This document shows, piece after piece, positions 31,617 through 42,522 of a DNA stretch of 64,000 nt. Within the stretch, counting starts at the first letter, position 1, and each line of letters opens with the position of its first letter. A model generated the notes under the pieces. The model was not told the DNA's origin. It saw nothing but the letters and a program-made list of their open reading frames with translations, and searched no databases. A program made the position numbers and the translations under genes. The DNA is from Candidatus Omnitrophota bacterium (GTDB lineage Bacteria; Omnitrophota; Gorgyraeia; Gygaellales; Profunditerraquicolaceae), in NCBI GenBank assembly GCA_026416665.1, contig JAOAET010000028.1, positions 3,706-67,705 of the forward strand, given 5' to 3'.

Positions 31617-32897
31617 TTAATCTAATAGATGAATCACCAGCCCCGAGGCAACCTTAGGATAGAAATAGGTTGACTTTGGAGGCATCTTCTCCTGTTTAGA
31701 AGCAATACTAATTATCTGCTCTATCTTTGTAGGGTTAAGAAAAAAAGCAATTTTTGTGGGGTTTTTCTTTATCTCTTGAAGTAGCTCATCTGTCTGAGCA
31801 CTAAAAATAATGTGCTCTTTGTCAGTTAAGTTAAGTTTAAATAACCTCTCTAACACCAACGCATTCAAAATAGAGACATCTAAGGAACGATATTCTGCAA
31901 TTCTATCAGGCATAAACGAATTCAATACTTTGATATTTCTCAAACGTAATAACCAAAAACGACCGTTGGTGTGCATACCAATAACATGCTCACTTACTCC
32001 TGCCTTTGCTAGAAGAAAGAAAAATCTATTCTGGTCTTTTATCTCTTCTACTGAAAAGTGTTCTGAAAGTTTACTTAAAAGCTCGTCTAAGTTCGGTCGT
32101 TGCTCTAAAGTAACTAAACGATGAATAGGCAGTACAGTTAAACCTTGAGAATCAATATTAGTAAAATAGGCAAGTATATAATTAAAACCTTCATTTCCGT
32201 TAATGTTACCTTGGGATTTCTTCATCTCATCACGAAATGCGCAGGCTACTTCGTAGCGATGATGGCCATCTGCGATGAAGATATTTTCTTTCAGCATCTT
32301 CTGTTCAACTTTTTGGAGAACCTCCGGAATATCAATTCGCCAAACTTGATGTAAAACCTGTTCATCGTCAACTGCACAAATAAAAGGTTGCTGTTTGTTA
32401 ACAAGTGGCAGAAGTGTCTGGGCAATAACTTTTTTCTTATCAGGGAAAATAACAAAGATAGGACTTAAGTTCGCCCTCACACTGCGTAAAAGTCGCAAAC
32501 GGTCTTCCTTAGGAGCAATATGGGTATGTTCATGACCGAAAACTGAGTTTTTTGAAGAATCATCCAGACCTAAAAGGGCAAGGAAACCAACACGAACACG
32601 TTTACTACCTTTTAACGTATATTGCTGTTTATAAACATAAATCGCTGGGTTTTGGTCAGAGATAAGAATTTTGTCCTTAAGCCATGAACGCATAATTAAA
32701 GCTGCTTGGGTATATTTATCTTGACCGGGGATGTCTTCTGAAAGTTCAAGTCTTATAAGATTATAAGGGCTGTTACGTAAAAGTCGTTGTTGAGAATCTA
32801 AGCAGATAACATCATAAGGTGGACAGATAACTTTAGAAATATCCCCAACCACTTGAGGGTTATAAATTGTGGCTTTAAACCCTTTTACTACTGCCAT
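31617..32897 (-). CDS. DUF1015-family conserved protein
   Basis: An N-terminus FK..IYNP...PPYDVI consistent with DUF1015. Function unknown. Confidence 0.45.
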   Translation of the reverse strand: MAVVKGFKATIYNPQVVGDISKVICPPYDVICLDSQQRLLRNSPYNLIRLELSEDIPGQDKYTQAALIMRSWLKDKILISDQNPAIYVYKQQYTLKGSKRVRVGFLALLGLDDSSKNSVFGHEHTHIAPKEDRLRLLRSVRANLSPIFVIFPDKKKVIAQTLLPLVNKQQPFICAVDDEQVLHQVWRIDIPEVLQKVEQKMLKENIFIADGHHRYEVACAFRDEMKKSQGNINGNEGFNYILAYFTNIDSQGLTVLPIHRLVTLEQRPNLDELLSKLSEHFSVEEIKDQNRFFFLLAKAGVSEHVIGMHTNGRFWLLRLRNIKVLNSFMPDRIAEYRSLDVSILNALVLERLFKLNLTDKEHIIFSAQTDELLQEIKKNPTKIAFFLNPTKIEQIISIASKQEKMPPKSTYFYPKVASGLVIHLLD

Positions 32898-33414
32898 AGT
32901 AATCTACCCTGGCTAAAATTACTCCAATATATGAAGCTACAGAATCAATAATTAAATCTTCTAAACTTGCCGTTCGTGCTGGCACAAACATTTGATGAAT
33001 CTCATCGGTTATACCAAAGATAATGGAACAAATAACCGCAATTACCAATAACTCAGTTTTAGAAAGTTTTAAGAAAGTCAGTTTTAATGCGCGATAAAAG
33101 AGTAATCCCAGTATAGCATAGATTAAAGCATGATACAAGATATCTTGATAGGGAAATAAAAGCGGGATATTCTTGCCTGGAATACTTGAAGATAAAAATA
33201 TAAAAACCATCCAGCAACCTAACAAGACCCAACTAATCAGTTTCTTACTTTGGTAACTATACTGCTTGGCTGCACCCATCGCATTTTTTCTCTGCTTTTT
33301 GGGCGCAGGTGTTGTCCTTTTTTGTTGTGGATTCATTAGTGGGTTTTGCAGATCGTTTGTAATCGGTAACAAAAAACCCTGGGCCCTTAAAGATAATTCC
33401 TGCTCCACAGCCAA
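32875..33414 (-). CDS. VanZ-like membrane protein (5' end probably over-extended; likely start near 33279 or 33210)
   Basis: TM helices plus the DEIHQxFVPxR VanZ-like motif. The annotated 5' end overlaps the FmdB gene. Confidence 0.45.
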   Translation of the reverse strand: MAVEQELSLRAQGFLLPITNDLQNPLMNPQQKRTTPAPKKQRKNAMGAAKQYSYQSKKLISWVLLGCWMVFIFLSSSIPGKNIPLLFPYQDILYHALIYAILGLLFYRALKLTFLKLSKTELLVIAVICSIIFGITDEIHQMFVPARTASLEDLIIDSVASYIGVILARVDYYGSSKRV

Positions 33415-33532
33415 TTAACCTCTTTACTGTCCCTCCACAAGTAGGACACTTATTTATTGGCTGATCAGTCATACTTTGGAAAATCTCAAACTTTTTTGTG
33501 CAGTTTTGGCATTCATACTCGTAAGTTGGCAT
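33257..33532 (-). CDS. FmdB-family zinc-ribbon protein
   Basis: MPTYEYECQNC...CPTCGG, a CxxC...CxxC FmdB-type zinc ribbon. Confidence 0.6.
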   Translation of the reverse strand: MPTYEYECQNCTKKFEIFQSMTDQPINKCPTCGGTVKRLIGCGAGIIFKGPGFFVTDYKRSAKPTNESTTKKDNTCAQKAEKKCDGCSQAV

Positions 33533-33577
33533 ATCCCCTCACCTCTCTTCCTTTTCCTATTTGATAATAAGTTTTAT

Positions 33578-34687
33578 TCACCTTTCTCCAGAAACACGAG
33601 CGAATTCTTCCATTAATCTCCGTTGTTCTGGAGAAAGTCTCGTTGGTATTTCTACGTTTATTTTTACCAACTGGTCACCTACACCACGACCATGCACATC
33701 AGGAATCCCTTTACCGCGTAAGCGAAAAACTTTGCCACTTTGGGTTCCGGCGGGAATTTTCATCGTTACGGAGCCAGTCATAGTTGGCACATGAATTTCT
33801 CCACCTAATACTGCTTTACTTAAAGAGATAGTCTGTTCTACTAACAAATCATTACCGTGGCGCTGAAAAACAGGATGGGGTTGAACTTCAATGACTACAT
33901 ATAAATCTCCTCTACCCGCAGTTCCTGCTTCTCCCTCACCCCGAACCCTTAGGTTAGAACCAGTATCTACCCCAGGAGGAATTTTTACTTTTAATCGGTG
34001 TTCCTGACGAACACGTCCCTGCCCATGACAAACCGAACAAGGAGTTTGAATCAACTGCCCTTCACCACGACAATTGGGACAAGTCTGGGCTAACTGAAAA
34101 AAACCACTAGAAACCACAATTCTTCCTTGTCCTTTACATTGCGGACAATTAACCCGCTTTGAACCAGGTTTAGCACCACTACCTGAACAGGTAGAACATA
34201 TCTCATAGCGAGGAACAGTAATGGTTTTTTCTGTTCCTTTAGCAGCTTCTTCTAAAGTAATCTGCGTAGTTATCTCTAGGTCCCGACCGCGGGTACGTGC
34301 ACGGCTGGCTCGGCTACGTGAAGAACCACCAAATATATCAAATCCCAAGTCCGCAAATAAATCTTCAAATATACTTCCACTGAACCCACCTAAATCTTGA
34401 AACACTGAACTAAAATCTGCACCGCGGAAAATATCTTCATAGGCGTATTTCTGGTCAATACCTGCGTGGCCGTATTGGTCATATAACTGTCTTTTCTGCG
34501 GGTCAGATAAAACTGCATAAGCCTCAGAAATTTCTTTAAACTTCTCTTCAGCTTCTTTTTTCTGTTCCGCAGGAACACGGTCCGGATGATATTTTAAAGC
34601 AAGGTTACGATATGCCTTCTTTATCTCTTCAACGGTAGCGTTTTTAGAAACTCCCAATATTTCATAATAATCGCGTTTGGCAGTCAT
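33578..34687 (-). CDS. dnaJ: Chaperone DnaJ
   Basis: J-domain with HPD, G/F-rich region, four CxxCxGxG zinc-finger repeats. Confidence 0.92.
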   Translation of the reverse strand: MTAKRDYYEILGVSKNATVEEIKKAYRNLALKYHPDRVPAEQKKEAEEKFKEISEAYAVLSDPQKRQLYDQYGHAGIDQKYAYEDIFRGADFSSVFQDLGGFSGSIFEDLFADLGFDIFGGSSRSRASRARTRGRDLEITTQITLEEAAKGTEKTITVPRYEICSTCSGSGAKPGSKRVNCPQCKGQGRIVVSSGFFQLAQTCPNCRGEGQLIQTPCSVCHGQGRVRQEHRLKVKIPPGVDTGSNLRVRGEGEAGTAGRGDLYVVIEVQPHPVFQRHGNDLLVEQTISLSKAVLGGEIHVPTMTGSVTMKIPAGTQSGKVFRLRGKGIPDVHGRGVGDQLVKINVEIPTRLSPEQRRLMEEFARVSGER

Positions 34688-34733
34688 TTCTTATAAGGTT
34701 TAATAAATTAAAAGTCCTTTCAACTTCTTACCC

Positions 34734-34766
34734 TTGCGCCGGCAGTTATCCTACTGCCAGCGCAAA
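34734..34766 (-). other. dnaK-dnaJ intercistronic stem-loop
   Basis: 12-bp stem (TTGCGCCGGCAG / CTGCCAGCGCAA, one mismatch) with a 9-nt loop, 27 nt downstream of the dnaK stop. Confidence 0.5.
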
Positions 34767-34792
34767 GATTTATTTTGCCTTACAGGTATACT

Positions 34793-36679
34793 TTATTTCT
34801 CCTCTTTAAAATCCGCGTCTATTACATCATCTTTTGCTTTTCCTGAAGAACCACCCTCCTGTGTATTGGCAGATGTATGTTGTTGCTGAGCACCTCCTGT
34901 ATTTGCATCAGTAGCCTGCTGTTTTTGAGCTGTCTGCTTATAAACTTCTTCAGCCAATTTATGTGAAGCCTTGGTTAACTCATCCATAGCCCGTTTAATA
35001 CGCTCCATGTTCTTATCTTTAATGGCAGTTTTTAGGTCATTAAGCTTTGCCTCAATCTCAGCTCTTTCAGACTGCGAGACTTTATCTCCATATTCTTTTA
35101 GAGCCTTTTCTGTAGAATAAGCTAAAGTATCGGCTTGATTAATTAACTCTGCCTCCTGTTTTCTACGAGCATCCTCAGCAGCATACTTTTCTGCGTCCTT
35201 AACCATCTTCTCTATTTCTTCTTTGGAGAGTTTTTTGGGCGCAGTTATACGAATAGACTGCTCTTTTCCTGTTCCGCGGTCTTTTGCTGAGACATGCACA
35301 ATACCATTTGCATCAATATCAAAAGTAACTTCTATCTGTGGTATCCCACGCGGAGCTGGTGGAATCCCTACTAAATCAAAACGTCCTAACTCTACATTGT
35401 CATCTGCCATAGGACGCTCACCTTGTAACACACGGATAGTTACCGCTGTCTGGTTATCCTCTGCGGTTGAGAATATCTGGCTCTTACGGGTAGGAATAGT
35501 AGTGTTTCGCTCAATAAGTTTTGTAAATACCCCTCCTAATGTCTCAATTCCCAAAGACAGCGGAGTTACATCCAAAAGCAGAACATCCTTCATCTCTCCT
35601 TTAATAATTGCTGCCTGTATTGCCGCACCCATTGCTACACATTCCATTGGGTCAATTCCTCTCTCAATCTTTTTGCCAACAAAGTCTTCCACAAACCTTT
35701 GAACAATAGGCATACGAGTAGGACCACCGACCATAATAATTCGGTCGATATCGCTTGGTGATAATTTTGCATCCTTAAGTGCTTGCTCCATTGGATGACG
35801 GCAACGCTCAATAATTGGTGTAACTAACTCTTCTAATTTTGCGCGGGTAATTGACATTGTAAGATGCTTTGGACCTGTAGCATCAGCGGTTATAAACGGC
35901 AAGTTAATATCTGTGGTTACACTTGAAGATAACTCAATCTTTGCTTTTTCTGCTGCCTCTTTAAGACGCATCATTGCCATTTTATCATTACGCAGGTCAA
36001 TACCCGTTTCTCTTTTAAACTGTTCAGCAATATATTCAATAAGCACATTATCCATATCAGTTCCACCAAGTTGTGTATCACCAGAAGTGGATTTTACTTC
36101 AAATACGCCTTGCGCCATTTCCATAATAGTAACATCAAGTGTGCCTCCACCTAAGTCAAAAACCATAATCTTCTGCTCTTTTTGTGATTTCTCCAGTCCA
36201 TAAGCAAGACAAGCAGCGGTTGGTTCATTGATGATTCTTAAAACCTTTAAACCCGCTATTTCTCCAGCGTCTTTGGTGGCTTGGCGCTGGTTGTCATCAA
36301 AATAGGCAGGACAGGTAATTACTGCCTCTTCTACTTTATCACCAAGATACGCCTCAGCATCCTGCTTTATTTTCTGTAAAATAAAGGCAGATATTTGTTG
36401 TGGCGTAAACTCTTTACCATATACCTTAAATTTATAATCTTGACCCATCTTACGTTTTGCTGCAAAAATTGTTCCTTCAGGATTAATTGCTGCTTGCCGA
36501 CGGGCAGGTTCGCCAACTAAACGTTGACCATCTTTGGTAAAGGCAACATAAGAAGGAAATGCCTTACCTGAGGCTACACCTGCACCTTCTGCTGAAGGAA
36601 TAATTACTGGACGACCACCTTCCATTACCGCTGCTGCTGAGTTTGACGTGCCTAAATCAATACCAATTACTCTAGCCAT
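34793..36679 (-). CDS. dnaK: Chaperone DnaK (Hsp70)
   Basis: [18 protein letters not shown], and the rest of the full Hsp70 architecture. Confidence 0.95.
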   Translation of the reverse strand: MARVIGIDLGTSNSAAAVMEGGRPVIIPSAEGAGVASGKAFPSYVAFTKDGQRLVGEPARRQAAINPEGTIFAAKRKMGQDYKFKVYGKEFTPQQISAFILQKIKQDAEAYLGDKVEEAVITCPAYFDDNQRQATKDAGEIAGLKVLRIINEPTAACLAYGLEKSQKEQKIMVFDLGGGTLDVTIMEMAQGVFEVKSTSGDTQLGGTDMDNVLIEYIAEQFKRETGIDLRNDKMAMMRLKEAAEKAKIELSSSVTTDINLPFITADATGPKHLTMSITRAKLEELVTPIIERCRHPMEQALKDAKLSPSDIDRIIMVGGPTRMPIVQRFVEDFVGKKIERGIDPMECVAMGAAIQAAIIKGEMKDVLLLDVTPLSLGIETLGGVFTKLIERNTTIPTRKSQIFSTAEDNQTAVTIRVLQGERPMADDNVELGRFDLVGIPPAPRGIPQIEVTFDIDANGIVHVSAKDRGTGKEQSIRITAPKKLSKEEIEKMVKDAEKYAAEDARRKQEAELINQADTLAYSTEKALKEYGDKVSQSERAEIEAKLNDLKTAIKDKNMERIKRAMDELTKASHKLAEEVYKQTAQKQQATDANTGGAQQQHTSANTQEGGSSGKAKDDVIDADFKEEK

Positions 36680-36745
36680 ATCACACCTCCTATTTAGAAG
36701 AAATTTTTTTGTTTGAAGAAAACTTAATATTCCTTAACATATTTT

Positions 36746-37396
36746 TTACTCAGTTTTATGCCCGTTCTTATTGCTGTCAAATTGGTTTACTGTTGAATCA
36801 GAATAACTAGTTTGATTTAAATTATCCTCATCTTTTTTCTTTTTTCGTGAAACCTGCACTTTGGCTGTCCGAATCACCTTTCCATTTAAGGTATAACCTT
36901 TCTGGAATTCCTCTACTACAGTATTTTCAGGCAAACTATCATCTTCTATTTGCATAAGTGCCTCATGGCAGTTGGCATCAAAACACTTACCTTTTGCCTC
37001 AATACAACTTACTCCATGTCTTTTAAGAAGCTCATGCAGATGAGCAAGAATCATCTCCACACCTTTTAAAAAAGCTGTATAATCCTCATGTTTTTGCTGA
37101 GACAATTCTACACTTTTTTCTAACTCATCAACAATAGTCAAAATTTCACAGATAATTTCCTCTTTAGCATAACGAACAAAATCTGCCCGCTCTCTCTCCC
37201 AACGTTTACGCGCATTCTCAAAATCTGCCTGTAACCGCAGTAATCTTTCCCAATACTGCTTTGCCTTAGCAGCCTCATCTTTTAACAAATCATACTCTTC
37301 TTTAGAGACAGTAATCACTGATGAAGAAGACTGAACGTCTTTTTCTTGGGACTGCTGATTATTTTTATTTTCATGCGAATTTTTCTTCTGTTCCAT
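36746..37396 (-). CDS. grpE: Nucleotide exchange factor GrpE
   Basis: A coiled-coil region (RLQADFENARKR) and a C-terminal GrpE beta domain. Confidence 0.9.
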   Translation of the reverse strand: MEQKKNSHENKNNQQSQEKDVQSSSSVITVSKEEYDLLKDEAAKAKQYWERLLRLQADFENARKRWERERADFVRYAKEEIICEILTIVDELEKSVELSQQKHEDYTAFLKGVEMILAHLHELLKRHGVSCIEAKGKCFDANCHEALMQIEDDSLPENTVVEEFQKGYTLNGKVIRTAKVQVSRKKKKDEDNLNQTSYSDSTVNQFDSNKNGHKTE

Positions 37397-37408
37397 TTCG
37401 AAAATTTT

Positions 37409-38134
37409 TTATAAGTCTTCCAGAATAGAATCGAGTATTTCTGAGATATATTCTAAGGTTGAAACTGTCAACCCATAACACATTCGCCGTGGACCAAGCA
37501 CAGCAATACTACCTGCACGATAAGGCGAAACAACTAAGGAGCAAACATCACTTATTCCTGGACAGGCAATTTCTTCACCAATATAAACCTTGCAGACATC
37601 TTGAGCATGCTGTCTGAGTAACTCAAGAAGCTTTTTCTTCTCCTCTAATAATTGAACCAAGATCGCTAATTTTTCTACATTGTGAAATTCTGGATGGGCA
37701 AATATATTACTTAATCCATGATAAAAAATCTTATCCTCCCATTCAGAAAAAGAAACTACTGCGGTATAATGAGTAAGGTTTGCCACAATATCAGAGGTCT
37801 TATCCAAAACCTCCTCCAATGATAACTTATTTCCACGATAAAACTCTTCAATAGCCTGTTGTTGTTGAGGAGCTAAGGTCTGAGCGCCCATTAAAAAATC
37901 TACATAGTAGCGGTAACCCTTATCTGTAGGAACTCTACCAGAAGAGGTATGCAGACTCATTAAATAACCTTCCTCTTCCAGCTCAGCTAAAATATTTCTT
38001 AAAGTAGCTGAACTAAGATTAAACTTAAGCGCAAGCTCCTGAGAACTAACCGGTTCACCCGTTGCAATATAAGAAGTTACCGCCTCCGCTAAAACCCTAT
38101 TTTTCCTTTCTGTGTGGTCAACGGTTCTAACCAT
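37409..38134 (-). CDS. hrcA: Heat-inducible transcription repressor HrcA (short form)
   Basis: N-terminal winged helix (RKNRVLAEAVTSYIATGEPVSSQELA...), 241 aa. Confidence 0.75.
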   Translation of the reverse strand: MVRTVDHTERKNRVLAEAVTSYIATGEPVSSQELALKFNLSSATLRNILAELEEEGYLMSLHTSSGRVPTDKGYRYYVDFLMGAQTLAPQQQQAIEEFYRGNKLSLEEVLDKTSDIVANLTHYTAVVSFSEWEDKIFYHGLSNIFAHPEFHNVEKLAILVQLLEEKKKLLELLRQHAQDVCKVYIGEEIACPGISDVCSLVVSPYRAGSIAVLGPRRMCYGLTVSTLEYISEILDSILEDL

Positions 38135-38166
38135 AGCTTGTTATTGTAACATACACATAAATACTG

Positions 38167-40746
38167 TCAATTATTCTCCATTACTATTTCTTTATCTTTA
38201 ACTGTTAAAGTTATTTTATCACCTTGTTTAATTTTTCCTTCAAGCACCATACGCGCAAGATAATCTATTACTTTCCTTTGAATTAGTCGTTTTAACGGAC
38301 GAGCACCAAATACTGGGTCAAAACCTTCTTCAGCAAGAAACCTTATTGCTTTCTGATCTACTTTTAGCTCAATTGAATTATTTGCACGCAGCCTTTCAGC
38401 AACCTGCCGTAATTGAATCTGCACAATCTGCTCCATATCTCTTTGAGTAAGATAATTAAAAATTACAATCTCATCTACTCGGTTTAGAAACTCTGGACGA
38501 AAATGTCTACGGAATTCCTCATTGATTATTGCCTTTACTTTCTCCGGAGAATCTTCTTTTGAGAGACGATGTGTTCCTAGGTTAGAGGTCATAATTACTA
38601 CTGTATTGGTAAAATTAACTAATCTTCCCTGACCATCAGTTAATCTTCCATCATCAAACAATTGTAGTAATACATTAAATACCTCGGGATGCGCCTTTTC
38701 AATTTCATCAAATAAGATTACTGCATAAGGTCTACGACGGACCGCCTCAGTCAGTTGTCCACCTTCTTCATAACCCACATAACCAGGCGGAGCTCCGATA
38801 AGACGAGCAACAGAGTGTTTCTCCATATACTCAGACATATCTATTCTAACTAAAGCCCTCTCATCATCAAATAAGAAACGTGCCAACGCTTTAGCTAATT
38901 CTGTTTTACCAACTCCCGTTGGACCAACAAAAATAAAAACACCTACTGGCCTATGAGGGTCAGCCAAACCACTACGGGAACGCCTAATTGCAGAACTTAC
39001 TAAACTAACTGCTTCTTCTTGCCCAACTACTTCTTGTCTGAGACGTTCTTCCATTTTAAGTAACTTCTCAGTTTCAGCCTCAAGTAAGCGTGTTACGGGT
39101 ATCCCTGTCCATTTTGAAACTACTGCTGCAATATCATCTTCATCAACCTCTTCCTTCAAAAGTGAACCTTTCTTCTGCATCTGAGCAAGCTGATTACTTG
39201 CCTCTGATAGTTTCTGTTGTAATTCGCGCAAATGGCCGTAACGAATCTGAGCAACACGGTCAAGGTCACCTTTTTTCTCTGCTTCTTTTTCTTCAAGGCG
39301 TGCTTTTTCTATTTCTTCCTTTATTGAACGGACTTCTAAAATAAGCTTTTTCTCCTCTTGCCATTTTTTTGTTAAGTTAATACTTCTATCCTCTAATTCT
39401 TTTAACTCCTTTTCTAAGGCCTGTTTTCTTTGCAGTGCAGAAGGCTCTGTCTCTTTTTTAAGTGCTTGAAGCTCAATCTGAAGTTGAAAGATTTTGCGGT
39501 CAATCTCATCAAGTGCTTGTGGCTTAGAATCAATTTCCATACGCAGACGGCTGGCTGCCTCATCTATTAAATCAATCGCCTTATCTGGCAAAAAGCGTTC
39601 AGTGATATACCGATTAGAAAGAACTGCTGCTGCAATAAGTGCAGAGTCCTTAATACGAACACCATGATATAACTCATACCGCTCTTTTAAGCCACGTAAA
39701 ATTGCTATAGTGTCCTCTACTGATGGCTGGTCTACATAAATTGGCTGAAATCTTCGTTCAAGGGCAGCATCTTTTTCAATGTATTTACGATACTCATCAA
39801 GGGTAGTTGCACCAATACAACGAAGTTGTCCGCGGGCAAGGGCAGGTTTTAACATATTAGAGGCATCTACTGCGCCTTCTGCACCACCTGCACCAACTAA
39901 TGTATGTAATTCATCAATGAACAAAATTATCTCACCATTTCGGGATTCTATTTCTTTAAGAACTGCCTTTAACCTATCTTCAAACTCACCACGAAACTTT
40001 GTTCCTGCAACTAAGCTACCTAAATCTAAAGCAATTATTCTTTTATTCTTTAGTCCCTCAGGAACATCTTTAGCCACAATTCGTTGAGCAAGCCCCTCAA
40101 CAAGGGCTGTCTTTCCCACTCCTGCCTCACCGATTAATACTGGATTATTTTTTGTCCGACGCAACAATACTTGGATAAGCCGTCTAATCTCATCATCTCT
40201 ACCAATCACAGGATCTAACTTCCCTCTGTTTGCTAAATCCGTAAGGTCTCTACCGAATTTTTCCAAAGGTTTGAATTTCTCTTCTGGATTTTCATCAGTA
40301 ATCCTCTGATTTCCCCTTACCTGAGCAAGGGCTTTTAAAACTACTTCAGGCGTAAGATTTGCTCTTTTGAATTCTTGAAACAAAGCTCCCGTTGTATCAT
40401 TAAAACTAGCTAATAAAATATGTTCAGCAGAGATATAATCGTCTTTGAGAAGACTTGCCTCTTTTTCAGCTTGTTTTAATAAGTTTTCTGTTCGCCTTGA
40501 AATATAAACTTGGCTATGCCCACTTATCTTAGGTAAACCTTTTAAATACTCTTCCATTACCTTAATAATACTAAAAGTTGATAGTCCTAGTTTGTCCAAA
40601 ATAGATAAAAGAATTTCATTCTCTTGGCGAAGAAGAGATAGAAAAAGATGTTCGGGCTCAACCTGCTGATGTTGGCTTTTTTGCGCAAGTAAAATTGCCT
40701 GCTCTAATGCCTGACGTAAACTTTGGGTAAAACGCTCTATATTCAT
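38167..40746 (-). CDS. clpB: Chaperone ClpB (Hsp104-class disaggregase)
   Basis: Two AAA+ modules ([16 protein letters not shown]), a long middle coiled-coil domain, 859 aa. Confidence 0.95.
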   Translation of the reverse strand: MNIERFTQSLRQALEQAILLAQKSQHQQVEPEHLFLSLLRQENEILLSILDKLGLSTFSIIKVMEEYLKGLPKISGHSQVYISRRTENLLKQAEKEASLLKDDYISAEHILLASFNDTTGALFQEFKRANLTPEVVLKALAQVRGNQRITDENPEEKFKPLEKFGRDLTDLANRGKLDPVIGRDDEIRRLIQVLLRRTKNNPVLIGEAGVGKTALVEGLAQRIVAKDVPEGLKNKRIIALDLGSLVAGTKFRGEFEDRLKAVLKEIESRNGEIILFIDELHTLVGAGGAEGAVDASNMLKPALARGQLRCIGATTLDEYRKYIEKDAALERRFQPIYVDQPSVEDTIAILRGLKERYELYHGVRIKDSALIAAAVLSNRYITERFLPDKAIDLIDEAASRLRMEIDSKPQALDEIDRKIFQLQIELQALKKETEPSALQRKQALEKELKELEDRSINLTKKWQEEKKLILEVRSIKEEIEKARLEEKEAEKKGDLDRVAQIRYGHLRELQQKLSEASNQLAQMQKKGSLLKEEVDEDDIAAVVSKWTGIPVTRLLEAETEKLLKMEERLRQEVVGQEEAVSLVSSAIRRSRSGLADPHRPVGVFIFVGPTGVGKTELAKALARFLFDDERALVRIDMSEYMEKHSVARLIGAPPGYVGYEEGGQLTEAVRRRPYAVILFDEIEKAHPEVFNVLLQLFDDGRLTDGQGRLVNFTNTVVIMTSNLGTHRLSKEDSPEKVKAIINEEFRRHFRPEFLNRVDEIVIFNYLTQRDMEQIVQIQLRQVAERLRANNSIELKVDQKAIRFLAEEGFDPVFGARPLKRLIQRKVIDYLARMVLEGKIKQGDKITLTVKDKEIVMENN

Positions 40747-40832
40747 TTTTCACCTCATTTGCTTCTGTTGTTTAATTCGATTCACCTTTCTATAATTAGA
40801 AGTTATATTTGGTTATTGTTATATTATCACAA

Positions 40833-40859
40833 TTAGCAGTCTTTTCATTTGACTGCTAA
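40833..40859 (-). promoter_or_regulatory. CIRCE-like HrcA operator upstream of clpB
   Basis: TTAGCAGTC-N9-GACTGCTAA, a perfect 9-bp inverted repeat with a 9-nt spacer, against the CIRCE consensus TTAGCACTC-N9-GAGTGCTAA. It lies about 90 nt upstream of the clpB start. Confidence 0.75.
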
Positions 40860-40876
40860 ATAGTGATTAAAAAAAA

Positions 40877-41137
40877 TTAAATTCCTTCTTTTTCTAGAAT
40901 TAGTTTTATACCACTTACATTTACACCCTTTTCTTGCATAAGATAATGCACATATTCTAATTTTTTTACATCATTAAGAGAATAAAATCGGCTTTTCTTC
41001 CCCACCCGTTTTGGCTTAACAATACCTGCCTTATCCAATTGACGTAGAGTCCATATAGGCAGGCCAGAAAGCCTACTTGCCACACTGATTACATAAACCG
41101 GGTCATCTGGGCTAATATGTATGTCAAATTGCGGCAT
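40877..41137 (-). CDS. MerR-family transcriptional regulator, HspR-like
   Basis: 86 aa MerR-type HTH (YVISVASRLSGLPIWTLRQLDKAGIVKPKR) directly downstream of a TTGACA-17-TATAAA promoter and directly upstream of clpB. Confidence 0.5.
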   Translation of the reverse strand: MPQFDIHISPDDPVYVISVASRLSGLPIWTLRQLDKAGIVKPKRVGKKSRFYSLNDVKKLEYVHYLMQEKGVNVSGIKLILEKEGI

Positions 41138-41165
41138 ACAACCCCCGTTATTTTACCTCAACAAA

Positions 41166-41194
41166 TTTATAGCATATTCTTTTCATTTTGTCAA
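41166..41194 (-). promoter_or_regulatory. Sigma70-like promoter for the MerR/HspR-like gene
   Basis: On the minus strand: TTGACA (41194..41189), 17 nt, then TATAAA (41171..41166). Confidence 0.5.
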
Positions 41195-41259
41195 GAAAAA
41201 ATTATAAAAAAATTTAGATTTTCTAACAAAATTTTTTAGATTAAATTAAAGAAAGATAC

Positions 41260-42522
41260 TTAGCTATTTAACCATTTAATATCTTTATGATGTTGCAATT
41301 TCTGAAATAACCTTTGTGATATAGCCAGTCTCATCCTTATAGAAGTTGATAGGTAACAAATTTCCAAGACCTTTCCTTCTTGATAAAACCGATGCACTAA
41401 ATCCATCCGGTAATTTGGTATACTGACTTCAGCAATCAATGTGCGTTGGCTAAAAAAATCTGCCAATCGCTGTATAAGTTTATCCAGGTTTTCTTTTGTG
41501 CTTGCGCTAATAAAAACAGGATTAGTGTATTCTTGCGCTAAAACAGCAAACCAGCTTCGGTCCTCTATTAAATCAATTTTGTTTAAAGCGCAGACCACTG
41601 GCTTTTTTTCACAGGCAAGTTGTAACAATACAGTATTAACAGATTGACTAAGTTTTGTAGCGTTAGGACGGCTGATGTCCACTACATGAATAAGTAAATC
41701 TGCTTCTATGACTTCTTCTAGGGTTGCCTTAAATGCCTCTATTAAATGGTGGGGTAGATCATGTAAGAAACCTACAGTATCGGTTAAGACAATTGTCTGA
41801 CCATTAGGTAGCTTTAAACTGCGGGATACTGGGTCAAGGGTAGTAAATAAACCATCTTTTACTTCCTGCTGCGCTTCTGTTAAAGCATTAAGCAGAGTTG
41901 ATTTTCCTGCATTGGTATAACCGACCAAAGCTACCAACGGTAAGCTGTTTTCTTTCCTTTTATTTCTTATAAGTAACCGATGTTGGCTAACTTTTTTTAG
42001 TTGGTCTTTTAACTTGGTAATCCTTTGACGAATACGCCGGCGGTCTACCTCTAACTTTTGCTCTCCCGGTCCACGTGTTCCGATGCCACCTCCTAAACGA
42101 GAAAGAAGTATGCCTTTTCCTGTAAGACGCGGCAGTAGATACTCAAGCTGTGCCAGCTCTACCTGCATCTTTCCTTCTGGACTTTTAGCACGTCTGGCAA
42201 AGATATCTAAAATAAGTTGTGTTCGGTCTATGGTCTTTTTTTCAATAACTGATTCCAAATTTCTCTGTTGTGTTCCAGAAAGATTTGCACTAAAGATTAC
42301 TGTATCGGCTTTTAACTCCTGCGATAATAAAGCAATCTCCTGTGTTTTACCACGACCAATGAAGAAATTTGGTGTGGGCCTTTCAATTACTACCTGAATA
42401 TTATCTAAAACCACTGTGCCTGTAGAACGAACTAATTCTTCAAGTTCCTCTGCCTGCTCTGCTATAGTCCAATTCTGCTTCTGCCAAAGGCAGTGGATAG
42501 TAACCAAAAGTGCCTTTTCCAT
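41260..42522 (-). CDS. hflX: GTPase HflX
   Basis: HflX N-terminal domain followed by a GTPase domain ([10 protein letters not shown]...DTVGF). Confidence 0.85.
   Translation of the reverse strand: MEKALLVTIHCLWQKQNWTIAEQAEELEELVRSTGTVVLDNIQVVIERPTPNFFIGRGKTQEIALLSQELKADTVIFSANLSGTQQRNLESVIEKKTIDRTQLILDIFARRAKSPEGKMQVELAQLEYLLPRLTGKGILLSRLGGGIGTRGPGEQKLEVDRRRIRQRITKLKDQLKKVSQHRLLIRNKRKENSLPLVALVGYTNAGKSTLLNALTEAQQEVKDGLFTTLDPVSRSLKLPNGQTIVLTDTVGFLHDLPHHLIEAFKATLEEVIEADLLIHVVDISRPNATKLSQSVNTVLLQLACEKKPVVCALNKIDLIEDRSWFAVLAQEYTNPVFISASTKENLDKLIQRLADFFSQRTLIAEVSIPNYRMDLVHRFYQEGKVLEICYLSTSIRMRLAISQRLFQKLQHHKDIKWLNS

Noticed and set aside
35223-35702. 159-aa plus-strand ORF antisense to dnaK, along with similar plus-strand ORFs at 4799..5110, 13704..14015, 39779..40087, 42083..42397, 47897..48259 and 58670..59026
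   Set aside because: Each lies entirely inside a well-supported minus-strand gene and has low-complexity, Ser/Leu/Ile-rich composition typical of antisense frames in AT-rich DNA. None has an SD or a recognisable motif.
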